A stretch of DNA of 20,000 bases from Trichodelitschia bisporula (lineage: Eukaryota). The notes beneath the pieces are model-generated. The model saw only the letters and a program-made list of their open reading frames with translations. It searched no databases and was not told where the DNA came from. The stretch lies in the NCBI GenBank assembly GCA_010356995.1, contig ML996705.1, forward strand, positions 687,576-707,575. The letters are read 5' to 3'. The position numbers and the translations under genes were made by a program. Below, in pieces: positions 1-9,067 of the stretch. Position 1 is the first letter of the stretch. Each line of letters starts with the position of its first letter.

Positions 1-16
1 CCTTGGCCCACGCAAA

Positions 17-966
17 TCACCACCGTCCACCGTATCCCCTGCCGCCTCGGAATCCGCCTCTGTGGCCTCCGCCCCGGCCGTACCCACCACCGCGACCATA
101 GCCACGATCTCCAAAATCTTGGCCGCCTATGGCCTCCTCCTGGCGCACGGGAGGTGGCTTCCCGCGGTATTCCTTGCTGAGGGCTTCGTACGTCTTGCGC
201 ATCTGCGCGTAGCCCAGGTGCATCTTGCCGTAGAAGTGATCGGCGAGCCGGCGGTCGTTGTCGAGTCTGCTGAGGTAAGCGCCGCAGACGTCGCATACCT
301 GGAGCTTTTGGTGACCGGAGGGTCCGGACGTGTCGGAGAGCGATTTGAGCTGCCGTTCGCACTCCTCCTTTGCTTGTTTGGCCTGGCGAATCTTGAAGAA
401 CTCGGAGGCAGCCACGTTCACAATGCCTTCGTCGCACATAATGCGGATTTCTTCGAGACCGACGTTGATCGTCTGAGCGAGATCGTCAATCTGCTTGAGC
501 TGCGGGGGGTCAGCGGGATGGCGAAAGGAAAACGGGAAGCATGGCACGCACCAGCGAGTTGGTCTGCCGGATCTCATCAGGCGTCTTCTCCAGTCGACGC
601 TGCGCCGTCTCGATGCGCCGATTACACTCGTCGACATACTTTTGCATGTCACGCAAGTAGTCGTACTCGAATCCCCACCGCTTCTTCTGCTCCGCGTCCG
701 CCTGCTCGTACTCGTTCTTGAGCGCCTCATTGTGAATCTTGGGGCACGGTCCAAAATCTTGCTTTGTGTTGGTGAACAGATCGTGCGGGCATGTGCCAGC
801 GAGATACGAGCGGCAGACCTTGGGGTCAGTGATGGAGACTTGAGGCGCGCGCGGGCCGGGGCCGCTCATGAGCTGCTCGCCCATAAGCTGCTCTATGACA
901 CGTTAGTGAGAACATGTGAATTGCCACAAGGAACTTACCCAGCAACTTTCTTTGTTCTGCCGCCAT
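17..966 (-). CDS. LUC7: U1 snRNP-associated splicing factor Luc7, 3 exons (966-939, 892-552, 499-17), 283 aa
   Basis: The spliced protein starts MAAEQRKLLEQLMG...DPKVCRSYLAGTCPHDLFTNTKQDFGPCPKIH (ZnF1). It contains QKLQVCDVCGAYLSRLDNDRRLADHFYGKMHLGY (ZnF2) and ends in an RGG-rich tail. Introns 938-893 (GTAAGT..CTAAC..TAG, 46 nt) and 551-500 (GTGCGT..CTGAC..CAG, 52 nt) give an 852-nt in-frame CDS. Confidence 0.96.
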
Positions 967-1272
967 GATGAAGATGTGGAGTGGAGTGGAGATGCGTGGG
1001 ATGCAGGTTGCACGTTGACGGTCGCGTTCTGGCGATGCGCCCTTGCCATCCAGGTGGTCTGTGCGCCATGTTTGCGGCTTCTATGGCCACCTCCGAGACG
1101 CTTTCACTGGGCCGACGGGCTATAGACTGATATTTCTGTAAAAGAAAAGCAGTGCCGAATCCTTCGTGCTTGTCGCATAAGGATCGAAAATATAATCAGG
1201 ACTTCCAACTTTGCAAGTCTCGCAAATGCAGCCGAGCAGTCTCGGCATGCCGAAGAGAAGCGAGACAAAAGC

Positions 1273-1277
1273 AAAAA
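1273..1277 (-). terminator. RNA polymerase III terminator (T5, followed by GC-T4) of tRNA-Gly
   Basis: TTTTTGCTTTT lies immediately 3' of the discriminator base on the minus strand. Confidence 0.75.
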
Positions 1278-1369
1278 TGCGTCGGCCGGGAATCGAACCC
1301 GGGGCCCGTCGAATTATCCCGAATCGCTTCGGATGGCAACGACGGATTTTACCACTAAACCACCAACGC
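1278..1369 (-). tRNA. tRNA-Gly(GCC) with 21-nt intron (1333-1313)
   Basis: The minus strand shows acceptor stem GCGTTGG/CCGACGC-A, D region GTTTAGTGGTAAAA, anticodon arm CGTCG-TT-GCC-A[intron]T-CGACG and T loop GGTTCGATTCC. Mature length is 71 nt, and the intron sits at the canonical position after nt 37. Confidence 0.96.
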
Positions 1370-1752
1370 TGTTCTTGGCGATGGACTTTATGCTCAGTTA
1401 TCTATTGTTATTGGCTTGGTATCCTGCTTGCGTTGGTACCGAAGCTCGGATAGGCTTTCGATCTCAGCTACAGAACCGGCAGGGTCTGACAAGGAGGCTC
1501 GCGAAAGTGTACAAAATTCACTGCTTCAACTGCGGGTCCACAAGGACTACTTCTACAACAGGAATTTGATCCCATCGTGAATTTCTCTAGAGTTGATAAG
1601 CACATAAAGAAGTTCCTCTTTACCACATTTGCAACAAAAAAGTGGTGGAACATCCATCTTCTCGGGCCCTCGAGGCAAAAGCTTCGGGCCGAGAAGATCA
1701 TTCCCGCCCTGACCACCACGTCAGTATCCGCCGTTGAACTTGTAACAAGGAC

Positions 1753-1757
1753 AAAAA
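1753..1757 (-). terminator. RNA polymerase III terminator (T5) of tRNA-Glu
   Basis: TTTTT lies 9 nt downstream of the tRNA 3' end on the minus strand. Confidence 0.7.
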
Positions 1758-1766
1758 CGAGACCGC

Positions 1767-1859
1767 TTCCGGTACCGGGAATCGAACCCGGGCCTACCCG
1801 GCGCCGAAGCTGACTCTACTGATGAGAGCGGGTGATCCTAGCCACTAGACCATACCGGA
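1767..1859 (-). tRNA. tRNA-Glu(CTC) with 21-nt intron (1822-1802)
   Basis: The minus strand shows acceptor stem TCCGGTA/TACCGGA-A, D region GTCTAGTGGCTAGGAT, anticodon arm ACCCG-CT-CTC-A[intron]C-CGGGT and T loop GGTTCGATTCC. Mature length is 72 nt. Confidence 0.96.
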
Positions 1860-2182
1860 TATTTGACGCCAAAATTCAAATGTTCCATAACTCACCAGCA
1901 CTCGGAACCTAAGGTTCAGGAAACCATCTGCTAACTTGCTACGGGGTGCGCTCTAATAAGCAGGGAGAAGCAGATATCGTTTCTGACGTTCCTTACCAGC
2001 GGAGAATCCTGCTGTGGTGTCGTGGACGGCAGTCACCTATTCGAGCGGCCCCTGCTCCAAAAGGAGATGGCGATCTGGCCCGTGCCGTCTTGGCCCATGT
2101 TTACACCTCCGATCGCACTCCGCATCCAACGTCACCAACGCCGCCCCGCAATGAACCTCAGCTCTGTCAATCGACCCTCTTC

Positions 2183-4008
2183 ATGTTTCTCCTCCTGATT
2201 CTCGCTCTTACAGCTCTCTGTGCCGCGGCCTCTGAGTACCACGAGCGCCTGCTCCTGCGACCGCTCCCGCAGAACGCGCTGCTCGCGAGCTTCAACTTTC
2301 GGAGCAACTCGTCGCAACAGTCCTTTGACCAGCAAAACTTCCGCTACTTCCCCCGCTCGCTCGGGCAGATCCTGCAACATGCTCACACCAAGGAGCTGCA
2401 CCTACGCTTCAGTCTCGGCCGCTGGGACGCAGAAGTATGGGGGGCGCGGCCGTGGCATGGCGCGCGCGAGGGCGGGAACGGCGTTGAATTGTGGGCGTGG
2501 GTAGAGGCTGAGTCGGACGATGAGTTAGTCCATCGCTTCACACAATAAACTTTTGCTGACCAGCAGGGCCAATGCACGCTGGTCGACTCTCACGAATGCG
2601 CTTTCCGGCCTGTTCTGCGCATCCCTTAACTTCATCGACTCGACGCGCACCATCAGGCCCGTCATGTCCTTCGAGCCCGAAGGGACCCACGCGAATGCAT
2701 CTCTGCAGCTGCTACACGGCACGTTACCACATGAGGTGGTGTGTACGGAAAACTTGACGCCATTTGTGAAGCTGCTGCCGTGTAAGGGCAAGGCGGGCAT
2801 TTCGAGTTTGCTCGACGGGCACAAATTGTTCGACGCGTCCTGGCAGGCAATGGCGATCGACATCCGGCCAGTTTGTGAAAATGGAGAATGCGTGTTGGAA
2901 ATCGAGCAGACGGTCGACATGGTACTGGACCTGGACCGGTCAAAGCGGCCGCGTGGTACGTGCTTTGGCATTCGGTCTTCACCGCTGACGAGCAGACAAT
3001 CCCATCCCGCGCCCGTTACCGACGGAAGACCTAGAGTGCGACACCTCAAAGCCCTACCACGCTGAGGACTCGTGCTATCCGCTTGACAAGGGCACCGAGC
3101 CGGGCTGGTCGTTGGAGCAAGTTTTTGGCCGGGCGATCAAGGGCTCATGTCCTTTGAGCACCGAGTGGTGGGGCGATGAAATGATGGCCGGAGGGAAAAC
3201 GGTGTGCATCAACGTGGACCCGGAGCGGACAGTGGATGTCCGCAGCGCAAAGCCGTACGGCGAAGTCAAAGAAGGCCACATGCGCTGCTACCAGTTGCCC
3301 GATGGCACCGATTTCGACCTCGAGCTTCATGAGGAGGTCATCCCGCCCATACCTTTGGATCAGCCACCGCTGCACGCTGCGCGTGCTATCACCGGCTATG
3401 GTCAAGAGCGCGGCGGTGTCGAGTCAGTGTTCACAAACCCGTCACTGACGGAGACGCTCGAGATCGTGTATCTCGAGTCCCTGCCATGGTACATGAAGCC
3501 TTACATCCACACCCTCAAAGCGCGCCTTTCGCCCGCGGCAGCTCTTGACCCAATCAAGGAGACATATTACCGTCCTGCGTCGGACCGGCACCGCGGCACG
3601 CACCTTGAGCTGCTGCTCACGATCCCGCCGGCGTCGACGCTGACCCTTAGCTACGACTTTGAAAAGGCCATCCTGCGCTACACCGAGTACCCGCCGGACC
3701 CGAACCGCGGCTTTGACGTGGCGGCTGCTGTGGTGCGTCTCGTCAGTGGCGGCCGGCCCGAGTACCTGCGCACGACGACCCTGCTGCTGCCACTGCCCAC
3801 GCCGGATTTTAGCATGCCATACAACGTCATTATCCTGACGAGCACGGTCATGGCACTGGGGTTTGGGAGTATCTTCAATCTTCTAGTGCGGCGGCTCGTG
3901 GCAGCAGATGAGGTGCCGCCGACGCCGTTGGTTCTGGCACTGGCGCGAGTGAGAGGGCGGGTTGGCGCGGCACTGCGGGGATTATTGCGGAAGGGTAAAA
4001 AGGAATAG
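2183..4008 (+). CDS. GPI16: GPI transamidase component Gpi16/PIG-T, 3 exons (2183-2523, 2567-2955, 2996-4008), ~580 aa
   Basis: The protein has a signal peptide MFLLLILALTALCAAA and the family motifs ELHLRFSLGRW, LSGLFCASLNF, EVVCTENLTPFVKLLPCKGKAGISSLLDGHKLFD, EYPPDPNRGF and LPTPDFSMPYNVIILTST. These are followed by a TM helix and a C-terminal KGKKE (KxKxx ER retrieval). Introns 2524-2566 (43 nt) and 2956-2995 (40 nt) have GT..CTGAC..CAG and restore the frame. Confidence 0.96.
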
Positions 4009-4226
4009 GTTGGCACTGGGGATATGGTGTTACGGCGTCATTGCGTAATGAAGCATGTTGTCTCTTTGCCTGTCACTGTTTGAGATACGCTCTTGAATGT
4101 ACGCCTGGGCGTTGGTTGAACGAAGTTGGCTCGGAAGCCACACCTGAAGATGCAAGTCACTACACAGGTATCCAGCCTTGGACACCACCTCGTATCTCAA
4201 CTGGCAGCATTCGAAAGATGGACAGG

Positions 4227-4434
4227 GATGTCCGCTCTTGCGGAAAGAGGATGCAGCACCGATGGCTCTTTCTGCGGCTCCTTGCAAGGAAGGCGTGGAT
4301 GGCTGGTTGTGGAAACTAGGTACGTCACCACCGCCCCAGCAGCTCATCTAGAGGAAGGTGCAGATGCTCGTTGCTGCCGAAAGCGAGGACAGCATCCATG
4401 GCTCCTTCTGATGTCTCTCACAAGGAAGGTGTGG
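4227..4434. repeat. Diverged direct duplication: 4227-4298 vs 4363-4434
   Basis: An ungapped hand alignment gives 50/72 identical nt at an offset of 136 bp. Confidence 0.75.
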
Positions 4435-4765
4435 TGGTCCCTTCCTTCCGAAGTGACGAGTCCTCTGAACTTCGGCCTCGCACCTCGCCACCGACTATTT
4501 GAACAGCGCCCGCCCCTCTCTCTTCCAACTTTCATCCTCATCGTTCAAACCATCCCGCTTCCGCGGTTTCCTCCCCTACCTATCAACCCTTTCCTGCTTC
4601 GACGTGCTGCACTTGTTTTGCTGCGAGGAAGGCTTCTTCCATCAGCTCAACTCCGGAACCAATATTATCGGCATATCTCGCGGCACACCGTTTCTTCATC
4701 GCAACCACACAGCATCCATCGGTAATCACCCGAGCCACTACCCCTTTCACACCGGCAAAGCAAGC

Positions 4766-5014
4766 ATGAGGACAGGTACGCGTGGGAGCGACGCCGGCGC
4801 TGGTGGGATGACCGGTACGAGTGATAAAGCGGCCGACAGCGGGGTCAACAAAGCGTGGGACGCCTCTTCCGACGAGAGCGAAGCGGAGCCCATACCACTG
4901 CCACCCGGAATGCCTCGCCTGCCACCGAATGCGCCACTTCAGACTTTCACGGAATACCCTACTTTCTTCACACCGGCGGCCCCCCCTCAGCCCAAGCGGC
5001 GGCCTAAAACATAG
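4766..5014 (+). CDS. Possible orphan small ORF or terminal exon (82 aa, acidic then Pro-rich)
   Basis: ATG-initiated ORF with a protein-like composition (WDASSDESEAEPIPLPPGMPRLPP...KRRPKT). No recognisable domain. Confidence 0.25.
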   Translation: MRTGTRGSDAGAGGMTGTSDKAADSGVNKAWDASSDESEAEPIPLPPGMPRLPPNAPLQTFTEYPTFFTPAAPPQPKRRPKT

Positions 5015-6241
5015 ATGGATGAGCATCAGGCGCAGAATCTACAGCATCTTTACAACTTGGGCGCACGAGCAATGCGCTAGCTTCTCTCCTCAAGTAAAAA
5101 ATCTTATTGCTGTTCCCAAATTTCTCTCAGGTGCGGACTCCAGTGCTAGAAATGGTCCGCCTCTGACCGCTTGCTTTTGCATCCTTTTCCCTCCGCGGGT
5201 CCAGATATTTTGCTGCACCGGGGCCTGTTGCGGCTGCTAGAACTAGAACTAGACTGATCTGTTCTGACCTAGGCCAGCTTGCAACTTCTTAGCCTTTCAT
5301 CCTGAGCAGTGGGTCTTTGTCATTGACTGCAACTTTCCGTCGCCAGACAGATCATTGCCAGCTGACGAACTGGTCTGCTAGTGAGCACAGGGTTGGCAAG
5401 CGGCGAGTCCGTACTGCTGTCAATCGAGCTTCTCACTGGCGAACTTCTTGATGGGCTTGTCTCAGCGCAGTATCCATTTCATACGGCTACAGGTCCCACA
5501 GACATGATAAGATTCTGTTCGACCGTACGTCGCTTCATAGGGATTGCAGAAAAAGGTAAATGTCATGATGGCTGGCTGTTCATGCTGCTATCGCCGGAAT
5601 TTATGCTCCGACCTGCTGGCTGGGATACATAATTTAAGGGCAACTTGTACATCGGTAGATGACAATATTGACGCGGCTAAACATGGCATGCGAATGGCAA
5701 CGTAAAATCAAGCGAGCTGGCTTGACGTGGTGCTCTAGTTCTAAGAGGCAACTGACACTTGATGATAGCTTTCCATCTACGGAGTAGGCACCAGAGCTGT
5801 ACGGCAACTCCACCAGCAGATGTTTGGCGTTGCATGGAGACAGTGGAATTAACAGTGGCGTAAAGTGGCGAAACCACAGGGTTTGCGTCATCCCTCGTAC
5901 TGAGGAACCGTCAGCTTCACAGCCTTACCTCTGCGTGTATGTGCCGCGTGAGCAGCAAGCAATGGAAGAGGCAAGAGAGACGTGAATAATCGCCTCCAGC
6001 AAGCGCGTATCTCCAGCAAACGCGCGAACGATCAAAGGCACTTGAGTTCACACCAATCGGAACCGTCGGCCTCCCCCACTTTTCCCTGGACTTCACTCGA
6101 AAGCCTGTGCTCAGCCACACTCACCCGCAAACCACATCACATCACATCCCCAAAGTCCCTCATCTTGCACTGCAGTCTCCGCTTCGTTCTCTCCAGTAAC
6201 CATACCTCCTCTTCCTCCACCCCCGCCAATCCTCCGTCAAG

Positions 6242-7601
6242 ATGCCTCTCGGAATGAACAATCCGCTCCCCTCTTCTATGAAGAGTGCGTTCCCCGCCCT
6301 CACACATCCCCCGCTAACCGGTTAGGCGAGTGCAAGAAAGCCGGCAAGATCCTCGCGTCCTTTGTCGACCCTAACCAGTCTTTCGGCCCTGATAAGATAA
6401 TTCCGCCCTCGGTACTTGCCCATGCAAAGGGCCTCGCCGTCATTACCATCTTCAAAGCCGGCTTCCTCGGGTCAGGCCGCTTCGGCTCCGGCATCGTTGT
6501 TGCGCGGCTGCCCGATGGCTCGTGGTCGGCCCCCAGTGCTATCGCGACCGTCGGCGGCGGTTTCGGCGGGCAGATCGGCTTTGAGCTGACGGACTTTGTC
6601 TTCATCCTCAATGACCCCTCCGCTGTGCGGTCCTTTGCGCAAGCTGGCTCCATAACCTTGGGCGGGAACGTGTCCATCGCTGCGGGGCCCGTCGGCCGCA
6701 ACGCCGAAGCTGCTGGCGCCGCCAGCCTCAAGGGCGTTGCGGGAGTGTTCGCCTACTCCAAGACCAAGGGCTTGTTTGCTGGCGTGTCACTCGAGGGGTC
6801 CGTGCTCATCGAGCGCCGCGACGCAAATGAGAAGATGTACCACCGCCGCGTGACGGCCCGCGCCCTGCTCGAAGGCCAGGTTCCCGTGCCGCCCGATGCC
6901 GAGTCGCTCATGCGCGTGCTCAATTCCCGCGTGTTCGCTGGCGTGGCTGCCGCGACGGGCGACGCTGTGTACAATGACATCCCGGTGTACGATGACGCGC
7001 ACGAAGACGTGGTGTGGCAAGGCCGGACGGGCAGCGCGCTAGGTGAAGACGGACGCACCGGCGACGCATCCTCACCGACGCAGGCCCGCTTCGGCCAAAA
7101 GACTTCACGCAGCAATACGTGGCAGGACGATGTATACGGCCGCCCGCCGGCGCAGGGGATCAATCGCCACAGCACGTACGCACACGCAAACACCGGCAAC
7201 GCAAACACCAGCAACGCGCGCGCTAACCCGGACGAGACTTTTGACCGCATGGGTGGGCGCTCGCGCGGCATCTCGGAGCTGGACAGCGGCTACAGCACGG
7301 GCGAGAAGGTGCGGCCACCGCGGCCAGCGGCGCCGAAGCCAGTGTTTGGGGCCGCAAAGCGCGCGAGCCTCGGGCCCAACCAAGTGCTTGCCAAGTTCAC
7401 CTTTGAGGGCGAGCAAGATGGGGATCTGAGCTTCAAGAAGGGCGACGTGATAACGATCATCAAGCGGACGGACAACGACACCGACTGGTGGACGGGGCGG
7501 GTTGGGGACAAGGAGGGCATATTTCCGAGGTGAGTTGTGTGGGTCCGGATGAGCCGAACAGTAAAGCTAACGTGGACAGCAATTACGTCGAGAAGCAATA
7601 A
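6242..7601 (+). CDS. YSC84: Ysc84/Lsb3 family actin-binding protein (SYLF/YAB domain + C-terminal SH3), 3 exons (6242-6284, 6326-7529, 7580-7601), 422 aa
   Basis: The N-terminus reads MPLGMNNPLPSSMKSECKKAGKILASFVDP, followed by KAGFLGSGRFGSGIVVARL, GGQIGFELTDFVFILN and YSKTKGLFAGVSLEGS. The SH3 domain is ...GDLSFKKGDVITI...DWWTG..GDKEGIFPSNYVE. Introns 6285-6325 (41 nt) and 7530-7579 (50 nt) have GT..CTAAC..AG. Confidence 0.95.
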
Positions 7602-8266
7602 TGCAGGCAATTAGGACGTGGAAGTGAGTGATAGCGGAATGAAAGCAATTTCGTTGAGATGTTTGACATTCGGCATTGCACTAGCGTGGCGTTTGGGAGG
7701 ATGTTGGATATCTTTTGCTTCATATTGCTTTCTTGGCTTTGGGTGCGGTGGCTATATGTGCAGATGACGGCCTAGTTACTGAAGCGAGGAATATACCGGC
7801 CGCACGGCCTTGATTGTTGTCCGTTGTACAGGAGTTCAGTGGTTACACTGCACGGCTGAGCCGTCGTATTGCGTGGAATCGGCTTAGCTGCCGACGGTGG
7901 AAGCTAGTGGTGAAGCGGTGATCGGTGGTGGTGGATGGGCGGTGGGGTGGTCTGGTCAAGTAGTGCGGACGGGTGGTGCTGACGAGCGGTGCCCTGGAAA
8001 TATATGTTGAATTCACAACTGGCGGGCATCAGAGCCTAAAGGAGGTGGGAATGTCAGCCTTTCTCAGAAAGGGCAGCTCTCCATTCTTCTGTGATGAAGT
8101 GAATGCCGGATTGCTAGACCAAACCCGGAAAGAAGCACGGCGATGGATACCAGAGCCCCGCCGAACCATTAAAGGCTCAACTAAGCGCAGTTTAACGGTC
8201 ATAGACTGCGGGGTTGGGTAACGCTTCCATTCTGGCACAGATTTGCGGGTGTAACGCCTGAGGGGT

Positions 8267-8272
8267 TATAAA
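8267..8272 (+). promoter_or_regulatory. TATA box of the secreted-protein gene
   Basis: TATAAA lies about 45 nt upstream of the ATG at 8317 and is followed by a CT-rich stretch typical of fungal core promoters. Confidence 0.6.
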
Positions 8273-8316
8273 GCGCCATCTCCTCTTCTTTCCCCAGAGC
8301 ACGTCCACCACCGACC

Positions 8317-8963
8317 ATGCTTCGCTTTCTCTTCCTCTGCTTCCCCTTTGCCAATGCCGCCACGCTCTTCACAGCCGTGGCGGCCTCGGGCAACACGGAC
8401 ATTCACATGGCACCCCTCGCGGCTTCGGCCCAGCATCTGTGGCTGCACCGCGACACGTCGGCCTACTGTCCCAACGAACCGGACCAATGCCCGCCAGGCA
8501 ATCTGACGGCTTTTGGCATGGCCGACTCGCTCGAAGGGACGCTGTCGATGGACGTTGCCGTGCCGGGAGGCCAGCGGGGTGAGTCGGGGGTTAGGGTTAG
8601 GGTTAGGGTTGGATGATGCTGATGGTCACAGTATTCGTCAACCAAGGCGGCGAAATCAAGTACACACTCCCTCATTCAGCCGCCGTGGACACCAACTCGA
8701 GCATCTCTGGCTGGCAGCTGACCCCGTCCGTGATGTCGGGCTTCGGGAAGCTCTCGTGGGCGCCGGAGACGGGCGGCGCGAGTGGCGGCTTCGTGGCGTG
8801 TCCCGGGGAAAGTGGATCTGGGGAGTGGACGGTGCTGGCTATGATGGGGGACGATGGTACGTCGTTTGTGACGGCGGGATGCTCGCTGATGGAGGTGCTG
8901 GTACCGATGACGGCGGACGGCGGGTACGGCATCGACGGACCCGCGGCGTGGGAGTATGAATGA
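8317..8963 (+). CDS. Small secreted protein, fungal 'IgE-binding protein'/cell-wall protein-like, 2 exons (8317-8578, 8632-8963), 197 aa
   Basis: The protein has a signal peptide MLRFLFLCFPFANA and a YCP...CPPGN motif. The splice-joined family motif reads SMDVAVPGGQRVFVNQGGEIKYTLPHSA, followed by GFVACP and a C-terminal AAWEYE. Intron 8579-8631 is GTGAGT..GCTGAT..CAG (53 nt). Confidence 0.85.
8586..8610 (+). repeat. Interstitial telomeric repeat GGGGG(TTAGGG)3TT inside an intron
   Basis: The sequence reads GGGGGTTAGGGTTAGGGTTAGGGTT. TTAGGG is the usual telomere repeat of filamentous ascomycetes. Confidence 0.9.
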
Positions 8964-9067
8964 TTTATGATTAGAGTACATATGGGGTATCTTGCTTGAT
9001 GCTGAATCGACGATGAGAAGGATGCCGTGCACCAGATGCTAGCCAGATGCGTGCAGACCTACAGAAC

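Noticed and set aside
863..892. Apparent EQLMG/EQLMS duplication at the start of LUC7 exon 2
   Set aside because: A similar doubled QLM motif is, from recall, common in filamentous-fungal Luc7 proteins, so it is not specific to this locus.
62..968. Long + strand ORFs antisense to LUC7, and similar shadow ORFs over GPI16, YSC84, BYE1, EMP65 and the hydrolase
   Set aside because: These are expected by-products of GC-rich codon bias opposite or overlapping genuine genes. They have no recognisable motifs, and many begin at GTG/TTG.
1819..1826. CTGATGAG hammerhead-like core on the + strand
   Set aside because: It is the antisense of the tRNA-Glu anticodon/intron junction, and no matching GAAA core or stems are present.
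1946..2182. GTG-initiated N-terminal extension of GPI16 in the ORF track
   Set aside because: The signal peptide begins at ATG 2183. An extension would bury it, and the upstream peptide looks non-coding.
8090..8261. GTGATGA box C-like motif suggesting a C/D snoRNA
   Set aside because: The nearest CTGA is about 165 nt away, with no terminal stem or recognisable rRNA guide.
8588..8610. Telomerase RNA template or true chromosome end
   Set aside because: A template would be about 1.5 repeats within a long non-coding RNA. This tract is 3+ repeats inside an intron flanked by intact exons and core genes.
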